Notes: generated from the letters alone by a model not told the origin. A stretch of DNA of 20,000 bases from an uncultured virus (IMG/VR IMGVR_UViG_3300050821_000498) (IMGVR_UViG_3300050821_000498), one strand, 5' to 3'; shown: positions 1 to 8,082, counted from the first letter of the stretch. Translations and numbers: made by a program.

Positions 1-88
1 GTAGTAAACGCCTTCCATGTACACATATTATCACATCCAAAAGATAATACAAGCTTTATTTCTACTAAGTGTAGAAATATTTTATACA

Positions 89-463
89 TCAAGTTTTCAA
101 TGTCGCTTGCATAATCTCTTGCAACTCCTTCGCAATTTTCGTCTGTTCTGCCATCAACTCTTTGACTCGCTTGATTGTATCCTTGCCAGCCTTTGCTTTA
201 GGCTTGATAGGTGTTACACTATTACGTGGCAGACGTTGGCGCAATACAATCTCCTTGCCTCCAAATGTCTCCTTGTAATCTGTTACCATACTTTCAATTT
301 GCTTAGCTGTAGGAGTCTTGGTTGATTGGTAGTATTCCAGGCTTACCATAACTGGCTCTGAGCCTTTGCCATTCCATACCATCAGTTTATTACCCTTGAA
401 GCTATCAGACAAGAAGATTGCAGGCTTACCCATCAGATCAGTGCGGCAAATAATGTTTTCCAT
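89..463 (-). CDS. hypothetical phage protein, 124 aa, basic with C-terminal coiled coil
   Basis: ORF with AAGGGGG SD-like sequence upstream of the ATG on the minus strand; promoter at 552-580. Confidence 0.8.
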   Translation of the reverse strand: MENIICRTDLMGKPAIFLSDSFKGNKLMVWNGKGSEPVMVSLEYYQSTKTPTAKQIESMVTDYKETFGGKEIVLRQRLPRNSVTPIKPKAKAGKDTIKRVKELMAEQTKIAKELQEIMQATLKT

Positions 464-551
464 GATTGTCCCCCTTAAAAAGAATTATAAATAAGTGTTT
501 TAAAATAAATCATTTTGTGTTAGAGAAAATTAGGCTTGTCGCCTGATTCGT

Positions 552-580
552 AATGTAGAACAAGTCATTAGCATAGTCAA
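552..580 (-). promoter_or_regulatory. sigma70-type promoter TTGACT-17-TACATT driving 89..463
   Basis: Reverse complement of 552-580 reads TTGACT atgctaatgacttgttc TACATT. Confidence 0.65.
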
Positions 581-682
581 GGAAAAATTAAAAGGGCAAA
601 CGTAAAACAATGTAACAATTAATTTGTTATATAGGGAATTGAAATAAAGGTATTGTGCATATACAACAAATTTAAAATAAAT

Positions 683-711
683 TTGACAGATGATTAAATA
701 TGTCTTATAGT
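683..711 (+). promoter_or_regulatory. sigma70-type promoter TTGACA-17-TATAGT with AT-rich upstream region
   Basis: TTGACA 683-688, TATAGT 706-711; no substantial plus-strand ORF follows. Confidence 0.7.
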
Positions 712-777
712 GGATTCATTAGCGCTGCTTCAGCGGTTAATTAAGTAGAGGTATTGTCTATCGCTTATGCTCAAAAC

Positions 778-803
778 AATAAATAAAAGCCGCTTTCGCG
801 GCT
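778..803 (-). terminator. Rho-independent terminator for the 809-1632 minus-strand operon
   Basis: Minus strand reads AGCCGC-GAAA-GCGGCT followed by TTTATTTATT, 5 nt after the stop of 809..1015. Confidence 0.85.
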
Positions 804-808
804 CTATA

Positions 809-1015
809 TTAGTATTGCTTTCTTAAGAATTTATCCGTATCATATCCAAAAATAGTTAATGGTTTTCCGGTAGCATAGTTTATTCCATTGTTGTATTTAG
901 GATGATTAGGGTCACCGTCATCAAATATACCGGCTTTATGATGAGTACAAATTAACATATTTGATTCACGCATAGCTTGCTGGGCATACTTGTTTGGCAG
1001 ATCGTAGGTTTTCAT
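809..1015 (-). CDS. hypothetical protein, 68 aa
   Basis: Start overlaps upstream stop (ATGA); AAGGGG SD; followed by terminator. Confidence 0.8.
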   Translation of the reverse strand: MKTYDLPNKYAQQAMRESNMLICTHHKAGIFDDGDPNHPKYNNGINYATGKPLTIFGYDTDKFLRKQY

Positions 1016-1257
1016 TTAACATACCCCTTCAATTGTTCATTAGTCAAACTGCGAGCAATGGTAGTGTCACACATCAACTCAGTTAAACTACCCTGGCCCA
1101 TGAAAGAATGACTAACTAGATATTGCAAGTCTACAACTTCGCCAGCGTTATTTCGTGTAGTGTAAATGTCCAGGATAATATAATCTGTCAACTCTTTAGC
1201 CTTTGCATACCGCTTGCGTGAGAATGTCAGGCCGATTGGGAAACGTGGTGTATTCAT
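1012..1257 (-). CDS. hypothetical protein, 81 aa
   Basis: 4-nt overlaps with both neighbours; AAGGA SD. Confidence 0.8.
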   Translation of the reverse strand: MNTPRFPIGLTFSRKRYAKAKELTDYIILDIYTTRNNAGEVVDLQYLVSHSFMGQGSLTELMCDTTIARSLTNEQLKGYVK

Positions 1258-1421
1258 TTTGAAATCCTTGGTTTATTTACAGATAGTTTAAATTCTATGT
1301 GCGGCTCATCTTTACTGAATACATCTAGCCATTGTTTAGCAGTCTCAGAACAGCATTCCCGTTCTATGTGCCAGCGCCAGCCATATGCACTATCAAAACG
1401 TTTTGACCATAGTTTAATCAT
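1254..1421 (-). CDS. hypothetical protein, 55 aa (start revised to ATG at 1421, MIKLWSKRF)
   Basis: GAGGAG SD at 1431-1436 on minus strand; avoids overlap with 1435..1632. Confidence 0.7.
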   Translation of the reverse strand: MIKLWSKRFDSAYGWRWHIERECCSETAKQWLDVFSKDEPHIEFKLSVNKPRISK

Positions 1422-1434
1422 TTTTGAAAGCTCC

Positions 1435-1632
1435 TCAATTACGCGGTAGGATTGTATGAAGTTTTCCAGATGCATCATATATAGCGGTGAAATTATATTT
1501 GTCTTGAATAATCTTGCCCCATTTAACGGCATCTACAATACTATAGAATCCACCAGCGCAAGGATTTAGAGTAGTGTTGATATCCTGAATTATGCCAGAT
1601 GTACGGTGTACAAAGAATTGAAAATTATGCAT
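1435..1632 (-). CDS. hypothetical protein, 65 aa
   Basis: AGGGGA SD upstream of ATG; promoter at 1659-1687. Confidence 0.75.
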   Translation of the reverse strand: MHNFQFFVHRTSGIIQDINTTLNPCAGGFYSIVDAVKWGKIIQDKYNFTAIYDASGKLHTILPRN

Positions 1633-1658
1633 CTTGATTCCCCTATGTAAGAGCCTCC

Positions 1659-1687
1659 ATTATTACACTTAATACCCATATTTGCAA
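1659..1687 (-). promoter_or_regulatory. sigma70-type promoter TTGCAA-17-AATAAT
   Basis: Reverse complement TTGCAA atatgggtattaagtgt AATAAT directly upstream of the 1632 operon. Confidence 0.5.
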
Positions 1688-2162
1688 GCCTATCTTGTAA
1701 AAATATATTTTCTTAATCTTATTGCTCACCATCCGGCATTATGCTAGTCTGAAAGATGGAAGCAATCCGCTTTGGCATTGCTGCATCTGTTCGCCTGAGA
1801 CATTCTCAGAGCGGATAAGGAGACTTATTGCTTGAACATTTATTCTATATACCTATCAGTAATAAAGGAGTGTAAATTAAATACATAATTATATGTAGGA
1901 TGCCCCACATCAAATTTCTATTCATAATCGGATAGAGAGTAGGTATTCTATTGTCAGACACATATATGTTAGCACTCCCTTACAGACAAATGGATACATT
2001 TCTATGCAAATGCGTATAGTGTATCTGTGTAGCAACATTCTGAGAGGGGATGAGAAATTGACCTCTTGGCATTCCAAGCCCCTCCCTAGTGATTCAACAG
2101 GAATTGAAAAGTGATTGGGGAATTTTCATAAATATGTTACAGCTTTCTTTGGGACTTTTAGT

Positions 2163-2480
2163 TTAGAATTTAATCCGCAATCCTCCGTTAACAAAATCTA
2201 TCTGTTTTGCATTAGGATATTTTAAAGCAGCCTCACCAATAATTTTAGAGTGACCAAATTTTAACTCACCTTCTACTTTCAGACGCATGGCATATTCTTC
2301 ATCAGATTCATAATCTTGCCAACAAACATCAAATTCTCCAACTGTGTCAGTATCAAAATTCATATACGCTTGAGGATACTTATCATAAAGCATCTGTAAT
2401 GTTTCTAGTGCCTCTTTAAGAGTCATATTCGATATATCGTGATAGCCTTCAGACCATTTAGTAATAATTTTCTTTGTCAT
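2163..2480 (-). CDS. hypothetical protein, 105 aa
   Basis: AAGGAG SD; ATGA overlap with upstream gene. Confidence 0.8.
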   Translation of the reverse strand: MTKKIITKWSEGYHDISNMTLKEALETLQMLYDKYPQAYMNFDTDTVGEFDVCWQDYESDEEYAMRLKVEGELKFGHSKIIGEAALKYPNAKQIDFVNGGLRIKF

Positions 2481-2656
2481 TTCTTTTCTCCTTTAGGGTA
2501 GCATTCTGCGAACACTACAAAATCATTACCATTGAATTGTTTTCTATAATTATCTCTAGCACTAAGACAAGAATTCCTATCATCAAAGTATATAGTAGTA
2601 GTTGTCATATGACTAGAGTGCCGTACATATATTGTTAGAATAAGAATATATGGCAT
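2477..2656 (-). CDS. hypothetical protein, about 59 aa (start revised to MPYILIL)
   Basis: ATG 4 nt after the stop of 2661..2903; hydrophobic N-terminus and two Cys. Confidence 0.65.
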   Translation of the reverse strand: MPYILILTIYVRHSSHMTTTTIYFDDRNSCLSARDNYRKQFNGNDFVVFAECYPKGEKK

Positions 2657-2660
2657 ACGT

Positions 2661-2903
2661 TTACGTATGATACCAGTTTGGCACAACAAACGAAGGCTTA
2701 GACGGCTGCAACATCATGCAGAAGCCTTTTAGGTCAGCTTTATAAGTTTCATAGTCATCTGAATATTCTACATACCTCTGAAGCTTTCCACATAAATCAG
2801 CCCAAGTACAAATACCTTTAATTAGTATAATACTACCATCCCTACGAGTAAGCATCTTGTTTGATCTGTAAGCCTCACAAACAAACTCATATTTATCTTG
2901 CAT
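2661..2903 (-). CDS. hypothetical protein, 80 aa
   Basis: AAGGA SD upstream of ATG; operon packing. Confidence 0.75.
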   Translation of the reverse strand: MQDKYEFVCEAYRSNKMLTRRDGSIILIKGICTWADLCGKLQRYVEYSDDYETYKADLKGFCMMLQPSKPSFVVPNWYHT

Positions 2904-2996
2904 ATTTATTTCCTTCCCTTTAAAAATCGGATGACTTGAAAATTATGGATAAAGTCATCTGAAAAACCAAAGTATATAAAATCCCTAAAATATCTC

Positions 2997-3176
2997 CTAC
3001 AAGTATTGTACTAAAGTATCTTTTCTCTCGTAGCGTTTCATTATTTCAATAGCCTCTTTAGCATATTCTGCACTTATACACCTTATATTCATAACACTCC
3101 AGAAAAAGAAGAACCTACGTTCCCATATATAATAGACATTATTCCTTTTAGTGATTTTATATTTTGGTGTAAACAT
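2997..3176 (-). CDS. hypothetical protein, 59 aa (MFTPKYKITK...DTLVQYL), not in ORF track
   Basis: Manually translated; AGGAG SD at 3186-3190; starts 1 nt after upstream stop. Confidence 0.7.
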   Translation of the reverse strand: MFTPKYKITKRNNVYYIWERRFFFFWSVMNIRCISAEYAKEAIEIMKRYERKDTLVQYL

Positions 3177-3177
3177 A

Positions 3178-3351
3178 CTAGTTATCTCCTACAATAATTA
3201 CATCAGCCCAAGCAGCAAAATGTACAACATCTCCTGCTTCATTTTTACAATAGCTATACATGCCGTCTATATGACAGAATTTATAAGGCTGCTTAGACTC
3301 GTCAGAGGATAAGTATATCATCGTATTTCTTGGTACATCGTATAATTTCAT
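3178..3351 (-). CDS. hypothetical phage protein, 57 aa (MKLYDVPRN...HIDGMYSYC...VHFAAW), not in ORF track
   Basis: Manually translated; AAGGAG SD; HIDGMYSYC motif resembles a recurring small phage family (recall). Confidence 0.8.
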   Translation of the reverse strand: MKLYDVPRNTMIYLSSDESKQPYKFCHIDGMYSYCKNEAGDVVHFAAWADVIIVGDN

Positions 3352-3360
3352 CACATCTCC

Positions 3361-3522
3361 TTAATATAAATATTCAGTACAAACTTCTTCATTCATCATA
3401 ACCATCACTAGCAATGCAAATATGCTAAAGAATATTCCTCCTCCAATATCTCCTAATCCGAATAGATACATAGAAGAGAATAGTAGAGCATGTGATGATA
3501 GCAGTAGGTAAAAGTCTTTCAT
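3361..3522 (-). CDS. small membrane protein, 53 aa, not in ORF track
   Basis: MKDFYLLLSSHALLFSSMYLFGLGDIGGGIFFSIFALLVMVMM...; two hydrophobic segments; AAGGA SD; ATGA overlap. Confidence 0.7.
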   Translation of the reverse strand: MKDFYLLLSSHALLFSSMYLFGLGDIGGGIFFSIFALLVMVMMNEEVCTEYLY

Positions 3523-3839
3523 TTGATTTCCTTACATAGAGCGCAAGCTTGTGTTAGACAATCTGCACAGACATTCGCTGTCATACTTTCGTAATCAGGT
3601 TCTTGGCCTAGCTGAACAACTACATCACAATCTTCACAGCATTCGTGACATAACAAAGATGTCCATGAGTTATTTCCAATAATATCATTAACGTCTTCCT
3701 TTGCGCATGTCTCAGGATCAAGAGTGGATAATTTATTTGCTACATCTAGCCACTTATTTTGATATTTGCTCGATGAATAATTTTTTATAAATGACCTTAT
3801 ACCATTCCTTATGACATCTCTTCGCGTAATTAGTACCAT
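3519..3839 (-). CDS. hypothetical protein with CxxC...CxxC putative Zn ribbon (start revised to MVLITRRD)
   Basis: AGGAG SD at 3848-3852; CHEC and CADC motifs. Confidence 0.8.
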   Translation of the reverse strand: MVLITRRDVIRNGIRSFIKNYSSSKYQNKWLDVANKLSTLDPETCAKEDVNDIIGNNSWTSLLCHECCEDCDVVVQLGQEPDYESMTANVCADCLTQACALCKEIK

Positions 3840-3872
3840 CAAATTCTCTCCTAAATTATTAACGACAACAGG

Positions 3873-3900
3873 ATGATAACACAAATTTAAAATCGTGCAA
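3873..3900 (-). promoter_or_regulatory. sigma70-type promoter TTGCAC-16-TATCAT with extended -10 (TG)
   Basis: Reverse complement TTGCAC gattttaaatttgtgt TATCAT; heads the leftward operon. Confidence 0.55.
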
Positions 3901-3923
3901 GAGAAATGTTTAAAAATATTTTA

Positions 3924-3951
3924 TTGACTTTTATTTTAATCAGAGTAGTAT
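3924..3951 (+). promoter_or_regulatory. sigma70-type promoter TTGACT-16-TAGTAT
   Basis: Divergent partner of 3873-3900, upstream of the 3995 gene. Confidence 0.55.
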
Positions 3952-3994
3952 AGGTAATACAGCTATGTGGCTGACTAACGTTTAGGAGAATAAC

Positions 3995-4204
3995 ATGGAT
4001 ATTTTTGTACTTGTACTATATTTAGGACTTGCAGCGGTGACTACGCCACCTAGCCATTCCTTTGCCTTTGTGTCTGAACATAAAACATTAGTTAGCTGTG
4101 CAACGGCTATAGAGAAAGTTAAAGCTGACCCAGATGTGAGTGATAAAATCAAAGCTAATATTGGGTGTTTTAGGCTTCATATCGAAGCTACGAAAGATGC
4201 TTAA
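3995..4204 (+). CDS. hypothetical exported or membrane-anchored protein, 69 aa
   Basis: AGGAG SD; hydrophobic N-terminus; two Cys. Confidence 0.75.
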   Translation: MDIFVLVLYLGLAAVTTPPSHSFAFVSEHKTLVSCATAIEKVKADPDVSDKIKANIGCFRLHIEATKDA

Positions 4205-4210
4205 TTGTGC

Positions 4211-4239
4211 TTGACAAATCAAAATAATCTGTATATGAT
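4211..4239 (+). promoter_or_regulatory. strong sigma70-type promoter TTGACA-17-TATGAT
   Basis: TTGACA 4211-4216, TATGAT 4234-4239, upstream of the 4271 gene. Confidence 0.75.
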
Positions 4240-4270
4240 GATTACAAACTAAATTTTAAAGGAATTTTAA

Positions 4271-4924
4271 ATGAAAATCATTGGAAAACATAAAGATTAT
4301 TTTGATCATCTTGTTTATCAATATGGCGTTGATGAGAAACTTATTCTTGATAGAAGAGGTATAGGTGAGTTTAAAGAAGATTATATTAATAAAGTTGTAG
4401 GTTATTATACAGGTACAACAATAAAACGAGACAATGCTCATGAATTTCCAAGGTCAGGTTTGTACACTGAAGGAATTACATCTAGAGAAGTTACAGAATA
4501 TCTTGTTGTGAATGGAAGAGGGTATCCTCTCATTAGCAAATATTTTGGACTAAATGCGTTTGGTGGATATTTACTAGCTACTGAGTTTAATTGTGTTGTC
4601 CACAAAAAGTATGTTTATCGTACTATCTATCAACATGGAACATTGTTGGAAGAGTTTATTAATATTTCTAAACAGCTAAACAGGCATGCGTTTATTATAG
4701 GGTACAGGCATGGAGATTATTGGGCTGTAGTGGGGGATTATAAAAACCTTGCAGAAATTGGATTGTCTTCTATAATAAGTCCACAAGAAATGTATCTACA
4801 AACTGTGGACTTCGTTTCTGAACATCTGACAAAGAAGGTTGAAGTGGAAGTGATACAGGATAATAAGCAGAAAATAGTGAGTCATGGGTTTGACTTGAAA
4901 ACATCTTTTAGGGGAAGTAAATGA
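4271..4924 (+). CDS. conserved hypothetical phage protein, 217 aa
   Basis: AAAGGA SD; termini MKIIGKHKDYFD and KIVSHGFDLKTSFR resemble a recurring phage family (recall). Confidence 0.85.
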   Translation: MKIIGKHKDYFDHLVYQYGVDEKLILDRRGIGEFKEDYINKVVGYYTGTTIKRDNAHEFPRSGLYTEGITSREVTEYLVVNGRGYPLISKYFGLNAFGGYLLATEFNCVVHKKYVYRTIYQHGTLLEEFINISKQLNRHAFIIGYRHGDYWAVVGDYKNLAEIGLSSIISPQEMYLQTVDFVSEHLTKKVEVEVIQDNKQKIVSHGFDLKTSFRGSK

Positions 4925-6159
4925 CACCAGACCAACAAGCCAAGCATGATGAAATATTGAGATTAATTAGGCGGTATGGAGAATACAGGCATTCACAGAG
5001 TGACAAAAATGCAGCATCAGCGTATCTAGAATTGCGAGATTATCTCTCAGCCGCCATCGTCCAGCTATGCGCAAAGCCTGATAGCGCTCTCGACAAAATT
5101 TCAATCCAGAATATCGAAACGGCGAAGATGAAATTCTTCCGAGACTTGTCAGAGGCAGACCGAAAGCACATGTTTAGTATTTTCGGTATTGCCGATAATG
5201 TCCTGATGGAAGCGCGAAACCGTTCTGATGAAAGACGATTATTCGATCATCTTTTTGTAAAGCCTGATAGCGCGGAGCAGGTACGCAATACGGCTTTAGA
5301 AGATGCAGCTACAATTTGTAATAGGCATGCTCAAAATCAACAAAGAATGCACCAGCATGCCGAAATGTATGTTGCTGATTTTCTTGCTAGAGAAATTAGA
5401 GGTCATAAAACTATTATGGATTCTGAGAAAAATATATCAAATAACCCAGTCTTAACCGATCAAGATATACGTGCTATTGCTGAAAAATATGATACGAGCA
5501 TGGATGCTACAAAACGCTGGGTTTTAAAGGATGTAATTCCATTTGCTAGGGAATTGATTGCTCAGTATAGCCGCCCTGCTGATGATGAGTTATGGGATAA
5601 GACTTTGAAAGATCGAGATGACGCAGAGGAAATGGCTGACAATCTTGCTGATTTAATTTCACGTATGACTGATGTTGAAATAGGGGAACATAGTAATTTA
5701 AATTGTCCGTGGTTAAACGCTATTTCAGCGGCAGACCAATTTATTCGCTCCGCCCCTCTCAATATCGCGCAGCAAGCGCCTGAAGCATCTCCAGAAATCG
5801 AATCGCAGTTATATGATGCAATCGCCGAGCAATTAGCAGACCTATACGCATGTATTCGCGTTTGGTCAGCATGGTCATATGGGACAATGACAGAATATGA
5901 TTTTCATATTGCCGGTGAAGATGAAGACTGCGTTACTAATGTTCTCAATGCTGTGTTGCCATTTGTCGCCGCCCTCCAAACCCAGCTAACCCAGGCGCAA
6001 GAAGAGAATGCAAGGCTGAAGAAGGATAGTGTACGTTTGTCATGGGTTATCGACTGTGGCTATCTTGATGATTTTAAAATAGATGAAGGTGGAGAAAATG
6101 AACAAGAAAATATTCGTGAATCTATAGATGATTCTATTTCTCAAGGAGATTACGAATGA
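4921..6159 (+). CDS. mosaic Ead/Ea22-like multi-module phage protein, 412 aa
   Basis: Chain of modules typical of modular accessory phage proteins: RNTALEDAA, LTDQDI...FAREL, GEHSNLNCPW, CIRVWSAWSYGTM, KDSVRLSW...IRESID; locally higher GC. Confidence 0.7.
   Translation: MTPDQQAKHDEILRLIRRYGEYRHSQSDKNAASAYLELRDYLSAAIVQLCAKPDSALDKISIQNIETAKMKFFRDLSEADRKHMFSIFGIADNVLMEARNRSDERRLFDHLFVKPDSAEQVRNTALEDAATICNRHAQNQQRMHQHAEMYVADFLAREIRGHKTIMDSEKNISNNPVLTDQDIRAIAEKYDTSMDATKRWVLKDVIPFARELIAQYSRPADDELWDKTLKDRDDAEEMADNLADLISRMTDVEIGEHSNLNCPWLNAISAADQFIRSAPLNIAQQAPEASPEIESQLYDAIAEQLADLYACIRVWSAWSYGTMTEYDFHIAGEDEDCVTNVLNAVLPFVAALQTQLTQAQEENARLKKDSVRLSWVIDCGYLDDFKIDEGGENEQENIRESIDDSISQGDYE
5073..5273 (+). 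repeat. 15-bp direct repeat AAAGCCTGATAGCGC (5073-5087 and 5259-5273), in frame, 186 nt apart
   Basis: Both copies encode KPDSA. Confidence 0.85.
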
Positions 6160-6479
6160 AAACATCAGAAATCCTTAAAGCTGGAAAAGCTCTGATAGAA
6201 AAGCCTGAGAATTGGATGAAATCAACGATGGCTAGAAACTCTAACGGAGAGCCTGTGTATTCAGCAAATTGTGAAACTGCTGTTAGTTGGTGTTCTGCTG
6301 GAGCGCTACGAAAAGCCAGTCCTTACGATACCTGCACACAAGAGTACAAAAAAGCTGTGAGTAAATTGCAGTATGCTTGTGAGGGCGGGATTATAACTTT
6401 TAATGATACTTATAACCATAGTGAAATAATGGAAGCATGGGATAAAGCTATTCAATTAGCGGAGGCGGAGAATGACTAA
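6156..6479 (+). CDS. DUF6197-like phage protein, 107 aa
   Basis: Pattern IL..A..LI..P.NW...AR..NG...WCSAGAL...FND...H.E...DKAI; AAGGAG SD. Confidence 0.7.
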   Translation: MKTSEILKAGKALIEKPENWMKSTMARNSNGEPVYSANCETAVSWCSAGALRKASPYDTCTQEYKKAVSKLQYACEGGIITFNDTYNHSEIMEAWDKAIQLAEAEND

Positions 6480-6747
6480 CCCAAGAATAGTATGTGCAGC
6501 AAATAGAACTAGGTTTACTGGTGAAGTTATTATAGGAGTTAGGCATTGGGATGCATTCATGCACATACAATACAATTCAAGGCCGTTCCATGGTGATCCA
6601 GTCGATGAAGGTTTTATTGACCAATTTGGTAAATTCTATAATAGGCAAGAGGCTTGGATTATAGCTAAACAAGAGAATCAGATACTAAGACGTTGTGGAG
6701 GTGATACTACTGATGGTGGAACACTCTACAGTGAAAATTTATATTAA
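6472..6747 (+). CDS. conserved hypothetical phage protein, 91 aa
   Basis: IVCAANR...GVRH...GFIDQFGKFYNRQEAW...LYSENLY pattern; GGAGG SD. Confidence 0.85.
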   Translation: MTNPRIVCAANRTRFTGEVIIGVRHWDAFMHIQYNSRPFHGDPVDEGFIDQFGKFYNRQEAWIIAKQENQILRRCGGDTTDGGTLYSENLY

Positions 6748-6756
6748 GGACAAACG

Positions 6757-7056
6757 ATGAGCACACTAGATATGAGCCAGGAAGAACTAAACGAATGGAA
6801 GGAAATCGGATTCGATGTTGTCAACATTGGTAAATTTGATTATGAGAAAGCTTTAGAGGAAATTGCTTATGAGGATTTCTATCCATTGGAAGTTAACGAT
6901 AGTAACGATGATGTAATGGAAATTGGGGAATTTATTAACCGAGCAGATAACCATGGATTGCTTGCAGAATGTATTTACACATTGTTGACAAATACGTCTA
7001 ATAGTGATAGTATTTGTGCTAGGCTTAATGAAGCACTATACGAATGGGATATTTAA
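6757..7056 (+). CDS. acidic hypothetical protein, 99 aa
   Basis: AAGGA SD; operon packing. Confidence 0.8.
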   Translation: MSTLDMSQEELNEWKEIGFDVVNIGKFDYEKALEEIAYEDFYPLEVNDSNDDVMEIGEFINRADNHGLLAECIYTLLTNTSNSDSICARLNEALYEWDI

Positions 7057-7057
7057 T

Positions 7058-7321
7058 ATGACTGATCTTTCTAAACTGGTGTGGACACCTATTGAAGATA
7101 TTACAGATATGAGCACGGCATCAAATTTAATTACTGAGCATTCTTGTCAAGATATTCATATGTGGCCCTATATGTGCTCTAACAGACATCAGTGTTTTGA
7201 GCCTTGTGGAGAGCTTGGACATGATGCTAAACACGCTGTAAGGGCTTCTAAAGAGGTTGAAAAGGTTATTAATAAAACACTGGAAGGTAACATGATTCAA
7301 TATAAGGAGCAATTATGCTAA
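7058..7321 (+). CDS. hypothetical Cys/His-rich protein (start revised to MTDLSK)
   Basis: ATG 1 nt after upstream stop; CSNRHQCFEPCGELGH. Confidence 0.7.
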   Translation: MTDLSKLVWTPIEDITDMSTASNLITEHSCQDIHMWPYMCSNRHQCFEPCGELGHDAKHAVRASKEVEKVINKTLEGNMIQYKEQLC

Positions 7322-7440
7322 AATGTTTTATATTTCATAAATGGTCTGAGTGGTCTGTTGCTAATAAAGACGCTAGACTTTACGAGTATCAATATAAACA
7401 TTGCATACACTGTAATAAGATAATTAGAAGGTATTTGTAA
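7315..7440 (+). CDS. small putative Zn-binding protein, 41 aa (DUF1660-like C..HKW...CxxC), not in ORF track
   Basis: MLKCFIFHKWSEWSVANKDARLYEYQYKHCIHCNKIIRRYL; AAGGAG SD; stop overlaps next ATG. Confidence 0.7.
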   Translation: MLKCFIFHKWSEWSVANKDARLYEYQYKHCIHCNKIIRRYL

Positions 7441-7628
7441 TGCTAGGATTAACAATATACAGCATCTTCGGAGAACCTGAAGAGGAGGATGATGAGCAAA
7501 TTATCATTCATTCTCCTAAGCCACGTAACGTTGTCCCTATTCCGCATAAGGATAATTTTAAAGAAATTAGTAGACAAATGGGCAGAACATTGATTGAGAG
7601 TGCTCGTAAATTAACTAGGAGGAAATAA
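7440..7628 (+). CDS. hypothetical protein, 62 aa
   Basis: TAATG coupling; AAGGT SD. Confidence 0.7.
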   Translation: MLGLTIYSIFGEPEEEDDEQIIIHSPKPRNVVPIPHKDNFKEISRQMGRTLIESARKLTRRK

Positions 7629-7629
7629 G

Positions 7630-7785
7630 ATGATACTTATAAAATTATTGCTGCTAATATCACTAATAGCTTCATCATTTCAAATTTATAAGACTAAAGA
7701 CCACACTGAAGTTCCACTAACAGAAATATTCACATTCTTTCCGTTGGTTTTCATATTTATTTACATACTCTCTACAGGACAATAA
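7630..7785 (+). CDS. small membrane protein, 51 aa, not in ORF track
   Basis: AGGAGG SD; two hydrophobic segments; TAATG coupling to next gene. Confidence 0.7.
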   Translation: MILIKLLLLISLIASSFQIYKTKDHTEVPLTEIFTFFPLVFIFIYILSTGQ

Positions 7786-8036
7786 TGACATCAAACACAA
7801 AACATAATATATTTCAATTTATCTGCTGGATAGGATTTGCAATAGCTAATAGGGTGTTTGATACCCCTCTAGAATACGTAGTTATTCTCACTATCCTTAT
7901 GTTTGGTATGCAAATTAGTAGTTATAAGCAGGGGATTGACTTTGGCGAGGAAGAGGCTAATAAGAGATATAATAAGTTTCTAGAACGATGGACTGAAAGA
8001 TTTCAAACAGAGTATGCAAAGTCTGTTGAGGATTAA
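7785..8036 (+). CDS. putative membrane protein, 83 aa
   Basis: Two hydrophobic stretches in N-terminal half; translational coupling. Confidence 0.75.
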   Translation: MTSNTKHNIFQFICWIGFAIANRVFDTPLEYVVILTILMFGMQISSYKQGIDFGEEEANKRYNKFLERWTERFQTEYAKSVED

Positions 8037-8082
8037 ACTAAAGAATTTACAATATTTGGATTAAAAGTGAAGGAAGTTAAAG

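Noticed and set aside
1..200. CRISPR array suggested by the Cas12a-like handle
   Set aside because: Only one copy and no repeat-spacer periodicity in the window; kept only as a solitary-unit finding
17..325. Plus-strand 102-aa ORF
   Set aside because: Antisense shadow of 89..463, which has an SD and promoter
1765..1816. Hammerhead ribozyme in the three-way junction
   Set aside because: Lacks the CUGANGA and GAAA core in the correct arrangement on either strand
2928..2961. Hairpin GATGACTT/AAGTCATC between minus-strand genes as a terminator
   Set aside because: Large AT-rich loop and weak stem; insufficient support
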